NCBI GenBank assembly: GCA_951406725.2
Contig: OX597838.1
Location: 4,340,001-4,404,000 of the forward strand
Source of the DNA: Octopus vulgaris
Lineage: Eukaryota
Length of the DNA: 64,000 nucleotides
Direction of reading: 5' to 3'
Part shown: positions 41,281 through 55,400 of the stretch, in pieces
Layout: each line of letters begins with the position of its first letter
Numbering within the stretch: the stretch's first letter is position 1
The notes under the pieces: generated by a model
What the model was told of the DNA's origin: nothing
The model's database searches: none
What the model saw: the letters and a program-made list of their open reading frames with translations, nothing else
Translations under genes and position numbers: made by a program

Positions 41281-44200
41281 ATACACAGTAGAACCTCGCA
41301 GTACGAGTGCCCCCATTGTACAAGTAATTTACTGTACGAGCGGAGACTTGTGCGAATTCTTGTCTTGAAGTATGAGCGGGAATCTGCAGTACAAGCACTC
41401 AAATCATCTCACCTTACAGGTAATTCAGTTAATGAAACCAGTTTACCTGTTTCTTTTGCATTCTCTTTTTTTTATAATTGTCATTTTGCTTGTAACTACA
41501 CCTTTTTCGTTTGAAAACCCATAAATTATTTTTGAGTGGATTTGTTGTGGCTGGAACAGATTAATTATATTTTAATTAATTTGTAAAGCGAGTAAATCAT
41601 AAGACGAACTTGGTCATGGAACAAATTAAATTCGTACTGCAAAGTATCACTATATATTATATGTCTGTCTATCTATCTATCTGTCTGTTTATTCTGTCTG
41701 TCTGTCTGTCTATTTCTCTATATACACACACACACATACATTGTATTTTCTTGTGCATCAGTTGCACAATTTTGTACTAGAAGAAACTTGAGTGCAACCT
41801 ATACTCAGGGCAAAGCTAAAGTCACAAAGAGAAGTACTTCATCCCAAGAGTTAACACTAAATTATCGGTGTGACTTGTACACAGGTAAATACAGCATGTG
41901 GTGTGTGTATCGTCGTCATTATTGGTATTTAGCTAATGTACAGTTTGTCTCTTTTCCCCCATCACAGTACAATAGACTTTCCAGCTCGCCTGACAAAAAG
42001 AAAGCATATGCAATTGGCATCCCTCTCCGCAACCTGCTCAAGTTACCTAAAGCTCACCGATGGGTCTGTTACGAATGGTTCTACTCAAATTTAGATATGT
42101 AAGTTGAAAGTTTAAGCTTAAATTCAAATAATTTTTGAGTAAATTGAATTGTTTTTCATCTTCATCATTTAACATTTGCTTTCCATGCTGTCATGGTTGG
42201 ATGGTTTTACAGGGCACCAGCTAGCTGCAGGGCTGCATTGAGCTCCTACGTCATCTTTGGCATGGTTTCTGTGACTGGATGCCCTTCCTAATGCCAACCA
42301 CTCTCCTGAGTTCCTCTGCCTTTTGATAGGTTTTGTTGTTTGTCCTACTGGATGTCCAATAAATCCCCCTACCTCACCAAGCAAGCCTTGATGGGGGTCA
42401 CTAGTCTAGTTGCTGATGACTATATGGCTCAGAAACCTGGACGTTATCAAAGAAGCTTGGATGGAACTTACACTCGCCTCCTTATGAGAGCTCAAAATCT
42501 CTCGTGGAAGCATCATCCAACCAAAGTACAAATATATGGGAAATTACCACCCGTATCATCTCTTGTGAAAAGGTAGAAGAGTCCAGTTTGCTGGACATTG
42601 TTGTAGAGCTGAAAACGAGGTAATTTCTACTCTTCTCCTCTGGAAGCTATCTGCTCGCAATACCAGAGGGCGCACACTCTCCTACTCTGATGTAATCTCC
42701 AGGGATACAGGCATCCAGCGACAGGACCTCCATAATGCTATGATGGACCGTGAGGTCTGGCGTAGCTTGGTAAATTCCATTGTCTTGACCACGGTCGAAC
42801 AATGAATGAATGAATGAATGCTGATGACCCAACCATGTGGCAGTTTGTACTGGTTTACTTGTTAGCAGTCGGTTCAAGAGTGACTTGACTGAATGTATAT
42901 TGATGATGTGTTGTTGTGATGGTGATTTGTGAGGACATTGTGTGGAGATATAGTTTAGTAGTAACAGGGTGTGTAGGATTTAGGCCATGCACCCTCACAC
43001 ATCCTTAGATGGCCGCTGACTCTCTTGAGTTTTTCTGCCCCGTTGACAAGTTTTGTTGTTTGTCCTGTAGGATGTCCAATAAATCTCCCTCCTCACCAAG
43101 CAAGCCTTGGTGGGGTTACTGGTGTAGTCTGTGATGACCCAAGCATGTGGCAGTTTCTACTGGTTTACTTGTTAGTCAAGTAGCGGTCAGTCAAGAGTGA
43201 CTTGACCGAATGTATGTTGATGAGGACGTGTGTGGAGGGATTCTAGTGTGGTGGTGGTGGTGTAGGATGTCTTGTGAGGACATTTTGTGGAGATATAGTG
43301 TAGTAATAACAGTGTGTGTGTGTAGGAGGTGTAGGATGTTGAAGAGGGCATTGATTGGAGTTGCAGTGTAATAATGAGGCTGTTTGTAAGAGGAAGCATG
43401 GTGTGGCAGTGAAGACAGGTTGTTTGGTTGGAACGGAAAGATCCCTGGTGTGTTTAAGCCAGTGTGGCCCTTCTGCCTACCATTACACATCATTTGTTGC
43501 TTATTGTTATTTTTCAATTTTTCAGGCCTTTATTTCAAGGAGAAAATGAGTTTTGCAGTTGTTTGAGGGAGTCTTTCCCACAGCTTAAAACCAAGCTTTT
43601 ACGGAGGGTAGAATGGTGCAAGATTCGACGCCTCATGGGTAAACCTCGCAGGTGAGTAGATGGAGGGGAAGAAGTTGTGTTTGCTAATTGTCTTTAATTT
43701 TGATGCTCACTTTTTGCCACATTATTCATTAGCAGTACTTATAAAATTCCAGCAAAGTGCTGTGTCTGCCATTAACTGAAGAGTCTCAGAAGCCGCTTCC
43801 CAGTTTCTGCATTTGTGTAGATGTTTGGTAAGAAGCTTGCTTCTCAACCACATGGTTCCAGGTTCAGTCCTGATGCATGGCACCTTGGGCAAATATCTTC
43901 CACTGTAGCCTCGTGCTGGAGATTATCTTGCGTCCAGACCTGTGAGAGATCAGCTGGTTAGTTTTGCCAGACCTATCAGTCTGAGAGTGAAATCGTAGTC
44001 GTGGCCGATGCCTGTGTCACGTAACTGGCACCTGTACCAGTGGCACATAAAAAGCTCCCCATGAACACTTTGTTTGAGAAAACCTATTAAGCTAAGTGAA
44101 AAGGTAGTCATGGCCGATGCCACTATCGTGCAACTGTGTCAGTGGCATGTGAGAAGCACCCCCCCCCCCACCAAAAAAAAAACTTTGGGTCTCATGGAGG

Positions 44201-46434
44201 CAGCAACGAGTGAGATATCTTAGGAATAAGAACCCAGTGAACTGGCAGAAACGTTAGCACACCGGGCGAAATGCTTTGCAGTATTTCGTCTGCCGTTACG
44301 TTCAGAGTTCAAATTCCGCCGAGGTCGAGTTTACCTTTCATCCTTTCAGGGTTGATTAAATAAGTACCAGTTATGCACTGGGGTCGATGTAATCGACTTA
44401 ATCCCTTTGTCTGTTCTTGTTTGTCCCCTCTATGTTTAGCCTCTTGTGGACAGTAAAGAAATAAGTGACCGAGACCTTTTGTTATATACTGCACTTGAAA
44501 AAAATCTGTCAAACCAAGTGAGATCATAGTCATGATGGTTTTGTAACTGACACCCAGGCTAGTGGCACATAAAAGGCACCCTCCAAACTTTGGGCCTCAC
44601 GAAGGCAGGGACAACAATGACCAAGACCTTTCGCTATATACCATACTTGGAAAAAACCTGTCAAGCCAAGTGAGTTCGTAGTCATGGCTGATGCTGGTAT
44701 TTTGTAACTGACACCCATACCAGTGGCATGTAATAATCACCCACTACACTCTAGGAGTGGTTGGCATTAGGGAGGGCATCCAGCTGTAGAGACCATGCCA
44801 AATCAGATTGGAACCTGGTACAGCTCCCTAACTTACCAGTTTTCAGTCAAACTGTCCAACCCATACCAGTATGGAAAGCGGACGTTAAATGATGGTGAAA
44901 GATGGTCAGTTTTCACACCTGTGGAGATGAACTTGTCAGCTTCCACAGGTGTGGTGCACAGCTGGGGTGTCAATAAAAGTAATATATGTTGGGTGCTAAT
45001 GTTTGTCATCTTTTTTTCAGGTGTTCAGCAGCTTTCTTCAAAGAGGAACGTGATGCTCTTGACCAGCGACGTTGTAAAATCCGGTTACTACAGCAGAGGA
45101 AACTGCGGGAGTTGACGAACTTTAAGGACTTGCCAGAGGAGATACCCATGCATTTGGTCATCGGAACCAAAGTAACAGGTAGGTTTATTGGATTCTTTAT
45201 CTGTCTAATGATGATGATGATGATGATGGTGGTGGTAGTGGTGGCCATGCGAACACTTTATGTGTGTATCATTATCACCATCATCATTCGTCATCCACTT
45301 TTCATGCTGGCATGGGTTGGACCGTTTGACTGCAGCTGGAGAGCTGTTCCAGTTTGGTTTGGCATGGTTTCTACGGCTGGATGCCCTTTCTAATGCCAAC
45401 CACTCCAAGAGTGTAATGGGTTCCTTTTGCGTGCCACCAGCATGGGTGCTTTTTATCCGTCGCCAGCACAGGTGCCTTTTAATAAGCATATTTATATGCA
45501 TTTATACCTGTCTATGTATATATATGTACATGTAGTTTGCTCACATATATATTTACACACACACATACATATGTATATATATGATCATCATTTAACATCC
45601 ATCCATGTTCCATGTTGGCATGGGTTGGATGGTTTGGCAGGATCTGAGGTGTTGAAGGGCTGCATTGATCTCCTATGTCTGCCTTGGCATGGTTTCTATA
45701 GCTTGACCCATGCTAGCATGGAAAAACAGATGTTAAACGATGATTACGACGATGATGTCCTTTAATTTGGCCAAACTTGTTTTCTCTTTCTACATAACAT
45801 TTGAACTTCTTTCAGCACGGTTCAGGAAGGTGCAAGATGGTTTGTTCACGGGGTCTGTGGAAGCCCTGGACACTGTTAATAACACGTATAGAGTGATCTT
45901 CGACCGAGCTGGCTTGGGTACGCATTCCATCTCAGACTACGAGGTTTTGGTAAGTCCTGCTGTTCCTTTCCTCATCTTCCTCCCTTTCCTCCTCTTCTCT
46001 CCCAGAACAATCTTCAGCTGTTCTGTGATTTCCTCCAAATGCTCGAGCTTGGATATGCATCCTCATGTGCACACATGCACACGCATGTGCACATACAGAT
46101 ACAACACCAAGTTTATATATATTTGAATTATAGAATGGAAGTAGCTGGATGAAAATCACAGCTTTTGGCATTTCATTTCAACTACACATACACATTCTCA
46201 ATGTTCACTCTTAGCATGTATATATATCACCATGATCGACCGCTAGCCACTAAAGCATTTTTTCATTCTCTCTCTCTCTCTCTTTATTTCCTTGTGTTCC
46301 TTTCTGTTGACGAGCGTAGGCTCGAAATGTAAAACACTTTCTCACCTTCCCGAGCATTAAACTAATACACCTGTTTGTTGCTTACACACTTGTCTTTGTC
46401 TTTTGTTTTTTTTGTAAATTCCAACCACATATAC

Positions 46435-46465
<31 letters not shown>

Positions 46466-49400
46466 TATACACATCACACAGATGTGTATGTTTAATTTCA
46501 CTTCTTCCTTGATTTAACCCTTCAGGATTTAAAGTGGCCAGATCTGGCTTTTTACACCAACCCAACAATATCATTCTAAAAACAAACATATTGTCGAAAT
46601 CTCAAAATTATGAGAGAATGGCTGATTAATTCAAGACAATGTGAATAAATAAGCATTACGTGTGACAAGAGTAACCTGAATGCTAAGGGGTTAAGAAATG
46701 TTTTCCTGTACCCGTTTTCTATTAGCAATTCCTCACTCGAATGCCCCCGCCTGCATCTCTTCACTATTTCAATCTAACCATTGACCCTTTAGCATTCAAA
46801 TTACTCAGTCAAATGTAAAGCTTATTGATTTGCCTCGTTTGGAATTAATCCTGAATTAATCTCGTGGCTTTGAGATTTCAATGATCGTTTAGCTTTAGAA
46901 TGACATTGCAGAGTTGGTGTCAGAAGCTGGATTTGGCCAGTTTGAACATAAGACAAGTTGAATACTTGGGCCTGATGTGGCAGGTTTAAAGGTTAAAGGA
47001 TTAAAGGATTAACTCTCTGTTACTACAGTACAAAATACCCAACCCCTTTTCTCTGAGCACTGGCCCTAAGTTGATAAAATTCAAAAATGTTTTTTTTTTT
47101 TTTATCTTCTTTTCCATTTCAAGAGCACAAGTCCACAGGAAACGACACCATTATCAGCCTTTCAGCAGCGGCACCGATCCAAGTTGACGACATCCCATCC
47201 TCCGAGGTTTGCTCCTCGGATAGGGTCACCCAGCCACCAGTTGGTAAGCTTCTATAATTGTCTCATTATTATTATTCTGCTGAGGTTGACTTTACCTTTC
47301 ACCTCTTAGGGTTCTTTAATGTGGAGCAGTTGAGCACTGGGGGGGAGGGGGTCGATGTAATCAACTTGTTCCCTCCCCCCCATTAACAACAACAATTTAG
47401 GGTCTATATTTTTACATGGATTTTTTTTAGTCAGGTAACGACTTTTTTTTTGATTTGAAAATAAAATAAAATCTCTAATCATGACTAATGGTTGTGTGTA
47501 TTTTTAGGAGAACGATCCCCTTCTCAGCAGTTCTCCCATAAAAACCCAGTTTCGGAGTTTAGAAGGGGCCACTTATGGAGGGTTTCCAGTGAAGTTTTTG
47601 TTACATGTTGTAAGTATTTATTTTTACAGCCAATAAACTTCATCACCATCATTCATTCTCAACATCATTGCTTGTTACCATCATCACCATCATTCATTAT
47701 CATTCGTTGTCATTCATCATCATTCATTGTCATTATCATTTATCATCATTCACTATCATTCATCATTGGCACTGCTGTCGTCATCATCACTCATTATCAT
47801 TATTGTCGATTTTCTTGACTAAAGGCAGTGCTCCAGCATGGCCACAGTCAAATGACTGAAACAAGTAAAAGAGAGAGAGAAAAAGAATATGTTAGCAAAC
47901 AGTATGTAGAAATCAATATATCTATACCATGTTGTGATTGGTTTAATCTCTGATGAGTACAAGGTGTCTTGTTTCTAGATTTGGACATTTGGTTTGTTTG
48001 TCCTGTGAGATAAACTTTGCCTTTAAATCTATTTTCAGATTAAATTATCAAAAATACTCTTAATGAAAAAAGATTGGATAAAGAAATTAAAAGAAATGAA
48101 CTGTCACGCGGAAAAGTTTGTAAGTTGTCTTCTCTCTGTTTCGATGTTACGCTGTAAATGTTTTAAATGCATCCATCGTTGTCATTGTTTTAACTTTCAC
48201 TTCTCCATGCTTCAAGAGTTTATTGAGGCAGATTTTCTATGGCAAGATGCTCTTCCTGTTGCCAACCGTCACCTGTTTCTGAGCAAGGTAATATTTCCCC
48301 AAGGCCAGACATGTTTTTACAGACGATTGGAAATGAATGACACTGCTTGTGTTGCAGTGACAACCATTTTACAACTTGCAATGCCAAGACAAGGAGAGAC
48401 AGACATATACACATACACACACACATGTGTGCATGTGTGCTCACGCATATTTATTTGCTGTTATTTGCGAAAGAGACTAATGTTTTGGAAAGGCACTTGC
48501 CATTCAGTGGGCAGATTTTAAGGTTGCTGAAATTACATACAAGTGAGGTTTCACTGTTTATGCTTAAAAAGGTTTTTTTTTTTTTATAACACTTGCTGTG
48601 GGAACAGGGAAGATTTTGGTGAAACTGACTCTCTATAAATCTGCTTCTATTGAAGATCCGATGATGTTAATGGTCTGTAGGGAAATACTTATTTATGAGA
48701 TCTAATCCTTTAGCATTCACATTATTCTGTCAAATGTAATGCTCATTTATTCACATTGTTTTGAATTAATCATGCATTAACATGTAGCTTTGGGATTTTC
48801 ATGATGTGATTGCTTAATTTTCAAATGGCATTGTAGGGTAGGTGTGAGAGGCTGCGCCTGACTTATTTGAATATAAAACACAGAATATTTAGGCTGGATA
48901 TGGCTGGTTTGAATGCTAAAGGGTTAATAAAACCTGGGTCACATTAAAATGAACATCTAAACTGCACAGAGGATTATACCATGTGATATTTTACATAGAG
49001 GATTATATTATATAATGTTTATTTTGTGCCTATGTATATTAGAGCTGTTTTACTTGTATTATGTTCTATCTTTGAAGCCATTGTCTTTTAATGTATCCTC
49101 GTAATAAATAACGATCACACTAAAGAGGAATCTCCATGAAAAGATAGACTAGATATGAGCTAATTAATATTAACTATGTTGCTACGGATTATTGGTTGGA
49201 TGGTTAGAAGTTGCATTAATATCAACTTGCAAATTTTTTGCTAGGTCTACAGTAAAGACTGTTTACCCAACTAAAGATTTGAGTGCAAATACAGGCACCT
49301 GAAATGTCCTTCCTAATGCTAACTTCTTTACAGAGCATACTGGGTGTTTGTTCACGTGGCACTAGCTCAGGTGCCCTTTTTTTTTTTTTTTTTTTTTTTA

Positions 49401-52400
49401 ACATGGCACTGACATAAGTGCTGAAAGAAAACCCTCTACCAAATACTAAAGCTTTTCGAGTAGGTATTTAGTTTGAGATGGAGGAAACTCTGTATAGAAC
49501 TACATAGATTTACTACGGTGCATGTTATCTATGTTATCAAACCACTCGATAACTGAAAAGCTCTTATTCCGTAATAGAGGAGAATTGACCTGTTTAATGT
49601 TAAAAAATGATGGAATCTAAAACTGTTTTTCACTGAGGCTACTTATCTCGCTTTTTCCTAGATTTATTACTCTACATGTGTGCTTGGCAAGGATATTATC
49701 TTTATGATCTTTAAGAGTTATATATGGTTCAGGTAATATTGAAATTTCTACTTCAGTCATCTATTTTTTAGACTGTTAGCTGTGTCTTTCACTTATGACT
49801 TTTTTTGCATGGTAAGAGCAGTGGCCACTTCTTCCTTCACCTTTTGCCAATCCGTTTTCGGTTTAATTAGATTAAACTTTCTCTTTTGGCTAGGAATCAT
49901 TACAGAAACCAATTACCTATGAATTCCAGCGGAAGTACGCTGGTGTCGTCCTTGAACTGGAACGTTTAAACAAGGAATTACAGAAATACCTTAACAGTGT
50001 GCAGCACTTCTGCCAGGAGGTATGTCAACTCACATCTTGTTCCTGTCACTCTTGCCTTTATTTTTTGTGAATTTTTTTCCCATTTTTTTAATTATTTTTT
50101 TTTTTTTACTCTTTTACTTGTTTCAGTCATTTGACTGCGGCCATGCTGGAGCACCGCCTTTAGTCGAGCAAATCGACCCCGGGACTTATTCTTTGTAAGC
50201 CCAGTACTTATTCTATCGGTCTCTTTTGCTGAACCGCTAAGTGACGGGGACGTAAACACACCAGCATCGGTTGTCAAGCGATGGTGGGGGGACAAACACA
50301 GACACACAAACATATACACACACATACATATATATATACATATATACGACAGGCTTCTTTCAGTTTCCGTCTACCAAATCCACTCACAAGGCATTGGTCG
50401 GCCCGGGGCTACAGCAGAAGACACTTGCCCATGATGCCACGCAGTGGGACTGAACCCGGAACCATGTGGTTGGTTAGCAAGCTACTTACCACACAGCCAC
50501 TCCTGTGCCTATACCATTGTTTACACTGATTGATTTTCAGATGTGTTGGGTCACTGCCAGAAACGGTTTTAGTTAATTATATTGGTTCCAATGTTGGTAC
50601 CTATTTTAATGTGCTTGGAAATAGGGAAGGGTCATACTGACTGATGTTGGACTTCATTATCCCCATCATTGTTTAATGTCCCCTTTTCCTTGCGTGCATG
50701 AATCAGGTAGAATTGTCTACAGCCGAATTCCCTTCCTGTTGTCTACCCACGCCAGTTTCCAAATAAGGTGGTCTTCCCCATGGCCAGACATGTTTTCACA
50801 GAAGATTGGAAACATAAAAAGCACCATCCGTTGAAAATTTGTTTACAGTTATCACATGAAGTCAAGGCAAGGAGCAGTAACTGACAAATGCACACACACA
50901 CACACATAGATATGTCTGCCCAACCCACACCAGCTTGGGAAACAGATGTACAGTATGTTCAGGCGAGGGTTGGTGACCAGAAGGGCATCCAGCCGTAAAG
51001 AATATACCATGACAAATTCCATATGGCCCATGCAGCATGGAAAAGTGGACATTAAAATGATGATGATGATGAGTTAAGATCATTTTTAGTATTTGATTGA
51101 TACTTCAACCCTTTCGATACCAACCTGCCTGAAACCACCTCTGGATCTCTAGTACAAATATCTTATTTTCATAAGTTTGGAATTAAAATCTTCCACCAAA
51201 CCTTAGTCACAATTTATGTTCCTAACACTAGTTGAATGATAACTAAGTTATTTCACTAAATTCTTTGTTATATTTAAAATTAATTGAAAGAAACACAGAG
51301 CATCTCAACAGAAATATGGTAACGAAAGGTTTAAAGTCACCATGACATTTTTAACCCTTTTGTTACCCACCCAGCTGAAACTGGCTTTGGCTCTAAGTAC
51401 AAATGTCTTGTTTTCATAAATTTTGAATTAATATCTTCCACCAAACCTTAGTCACAATTTTTGTTCCTCACTCCAGCTTAATGATAACTAAGTTATTTCA
51501 CTAAATTCTTTGTTATATTTAAAATTAATTGAAGGAAACAGAGCATCTCTATAGAAATATGGTAACAAAAGGGTTAATATATCAACGCCTAGAAGAATTT
51601 AAGGCAAAGTTTGTGTTGACATGATTCAAATTGATAATTGAAATTCAACATGGCATTTCGTTTGATGCTCCGTCGATTCTGTTAAGCTAGCATCTTTGAT
51701 ATGAAGGGAGTTGAGTGAAGTGTGAATCTGTATTTCTCTGCCTTCCAGATTGTTCCTGAACAGGGCTTACCTGCGATAGACCAACCGTCGGAGATTAAGC
51801 AGAGATGTGAGGACGAGGCCCAGAGAATGGTCGAGAAGGTTCGCCTGGTAAGTCGGGGTGGATCTCCGCACTGTCACTTTGCACTTTGCCCACTAGCACC
51901 ACCATCACCACTCTAGCCACCACTTTGCACTACATCACCAACACCGTGACTACCATTACCATCATCACCAACACATCTACCATTTCATACTGCAGTCACC
52001 ACCATTCCTACCACTGTCATCACCATCATTTCACACTGCTGTCATCATCACCACCACTCATACCACTACCACCTCCACCACTACCACCTCCACCACTACC
52101 ACCACCAATACTACTACCATCACTAAACCACAATCATCTACTACTACTACCACCACCATCACCACCACCCACCCCACTGCTGCCACTCACTCACCCCCAC
52201 TAATACCATCACAACCCCTCTCCTCACTACCTCACCCACTCCCTCCACAATCGCCACTCCCACCTACACTAACTGCCGCCACCACCACCTCCACTGTGGC
52301 CACCTCTAAGAACTCCTCTAATTCTCTTCCGCAGACTTCCTTCATCAATGCCAAGACTGCCAAGAACGAACAGATGATGAAATTAATAATTAATCTCACA

Positions 52401-55400
52401 TCTTTGATGTTACAAGTCAAGGTCAGTACAACTTCCCTTAACCCTTTTTAATACCAGCCTGCCTGAAACTGTCTCCTGTGTTCTATGATATAAACTTCCT
52501 GTTTTAAATCTGATCTAAAAACCCTTTTTGATTCTAAACTGCCAGACATCATCCCTGGTTCTACGATAAAAGCTTTTAGTTTTAAAGTTGTGAAATTAAA
52601 ACCTTTCCATTAAAATTTCTTGTCAGGCGCAGGAGTGGTTGTGTGGTAAGTAGCTTGCTTACCAACCTCATGGTTCCGGGTTCATTCCCACTGTGTGGCA
52701 CCTTGGGCAAGTAAAGTTAATTTATGTTCCAAGCATCAGAGAAATAATCCTTTCTACCATAGGCGCAAGGCTTGAAATCTGGGGAAGGGTACTACTTGAT
52801 TGGATCAACCCCAGTGCGTAACTGGTACTTAATTTATCAACCCTGAAAGGATGAAAGACAAAGTCAACCTTGGTGGAATTTGAACTCAGAATGCAGCGAT
52901 GGGCGAAATACCGCTAAGCATTTTGTTGAGCGTACTAACGATTCTGCCAGCTCACCACCAGATGGATAATGATGAAGCTTGCTTTCCAACTACATGGTTT
53001 TGGGTTCAGCCCCACTGCGTGGCACCTTGGGCAAGTGTCTTTCTACAATTGTCTCAGGACTGACCAAAGCTTTGTGAATGGATTTGGGTGCATCTTTGTC
53101 CCCACCACCATTGCTTGACAACCGGTGTTTGTGTGTTTACATCCCTGTAGCTTAGAACTTTGGCTAAAGAGGCCAATAGAATAATTACTGAGCTTTAAAA
53201 AAATAAGTACCAGGGTCAGATCACTTGATTAAAAACGCTTCAAGGCAGTGCCCCAGCATGGCCACAGTCCAACGACTGAAACAAGCTAAGTGATAAAAGA
53301 TGAATGATGAAATTATTTCCAAAATTAATTAAAACTAAACCTGTGCATTCCAACAGCAACAACGTAACAAAAGGTGTTAAAACTTGTCATCAACACTTCA
53401 TGTTCATTTGTGTCCGACACCGTCTTAATAAGGACTAGGTTAGTTTACTAAATTCTTCCTTATTTTAAGAATTATTTGAAAGAAAGGCAGTGAATTTCTG
53501 CAGAAATTTGGTAACATCAGGAATTAACAGCTTTAGCCTCGCCTGGCCCCCGTGCCGGTGGCACGTAAAAGCACCATCCGTTCGTGTCTGTTGCCATCCT
53601 CGCCTGGCCCCCGTGCCGGTGGCACGTAAAAGCACCATCCGTTCGTGTCCGTTGCCAGCCTCGCCTGGCCCCGTGCCGGTGGCATGTAAAAGCACCATCC
53701 GTTCATGTCCGTTTGCCAGCTCCGTCTGGCACCTGTGCGGGTGGCACATAAAAAGCACCCACTACACTCACGGAGTGGTTGGCGTTAGGAAGGGCATCCA
53801 GCCGTAGAAACACTGCCAGATCAGACTGGGCCTGATGAAGCCTTCCAGCTTCACAGACCCCAGTTGAACCATCCAACCCATGCTAGCATGGAAAGCGGAC
53901 GCTAAATGGTGATGATGATGATGATTTATTCTGTTACATGTTTCAGCCCTAAGGCTGGTTATTTTCTTAAAAAATGCTTTTGGTTCTCTTTCTTGGACCC
54001 TTATTTCCCCCCATATTGCTTCTCAAAGTAAACATGTCTCTCTTACTAAATTTTTCTGGGATCCTATATCATTGTGTGTGTGTGTGTGGTTTGTTAGTGT
54101 GTGTGTCTGTGTGTGAATATACATGTTTGCACCAGTGTGCATTGTATATCTGCACATGTGTTTGTGTGTATGTCTGTGCACATGTGAGTGTGTATTCTTT
54201 GTGTATGTATGTACATGTGTCTATGTATGAATTTCTGTGTGTGTGTGAGTTTTATGCATGTGGTTGGATAGTTGATTGACTATCCATCTGTCTGTGTGTT
54301 TGTCTAAATAATGTGTGTGTGTGTATGCATAGTATATATGTGCAGATTTGAAGGCGGCGAGCTGGCAGAAACGTAAGCACGCCAGGCGAAATGCTTAGCG
54401 GTATTTCATCTGCGGCTACGTTCTGAGTTCAAATTCCGCCAAGGTCAACTTTGCCTTTCATCCTTTTGGGGTTGATAAATTAAGTACCAGTTACGCACTG
54501 GGTTCGATATAATCGACTTAATCCGTTTGTCTGTCCTTGTTTGTCCTCTCTGTGTTTAGCCCCTTGAGGGTAATAAAGAAATAAGTATATATGTGCAGAT
54601 ATGTCTGTTGTTGTTGTTGTGGTCCTCGGCCCCAAACTCCAAAACCCCACAATTATGTCAATACAAATATGATTTGCAATACATAAAAAAACAGAAATCT
54701 TGATTTGTTTCTCCAAATTCTTTTACCATTCTTTATTTTTCTCCTTTTTTTCTCTTCACAGACATTTGCTGAAAATGATTTCAATTCCTTTGAGTTCTGT
54801 TCCCTTCAAGACAGTTTGGATGATATCAAGAAAAGTTTGGATGGCAATAACATAAAGTAGGTACTTTTTTACAGTTTGGTGCAGTGTTTTTTAAGCTTTG
54901 TGTCTATATATATAGGCATGGCTGTGTGGTAAGAAGTTTGTTTCCCAATCACATGGGTCTGGGTTCAAGCCCACTGCATAGCATCTTGGGCAGGGGTTTT
55001 CTGCTATAGCCTCATGCCAACCAAAGCCTTGTGAGTAGATTTGGTTGATGGAAACTGAAAGAAGCCTGTCGTGCATATATATGTGTCTGTGTCTTTGTGC
55101 CTGTGTTTACCCCCGCCCCACTGTTTGACAACCGGTGATGGTATGTTTATGTCCCCGTGACTGAGCAGTTTGGCAAAAGAGACCAATAGAATAATTACTA
55201 GGCTCCCAAAAATAAGCCCTGGAGTCTATTAGTTTGACTAAAACCCTTCAAAGCAGTGCCCCAGTATGGCCTCAGTCAAATAAACAAATAAGAGATATAT
55301 GTATATATATATATATATATACACATATCTTTTGTCTTATTTGCTTCAGTCATTAGACTGTGGCCATGCTGGGGCACTGCCTTGCAGAGTTTTTATCGAA

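Noticed and set aside
51886-52300. Pro/His/Thr-rich ORF after LIN9 exon 13
   Set aside because: Intronic (CAC/CAT/TAC)n repeat between two well-defined exons.
53535-53760. Regularly spaced direct repeats resembling a CRISPR array
   Set aside because: Whole units repeat with no unique spacers; eukaryotic retroposon minisatellite.
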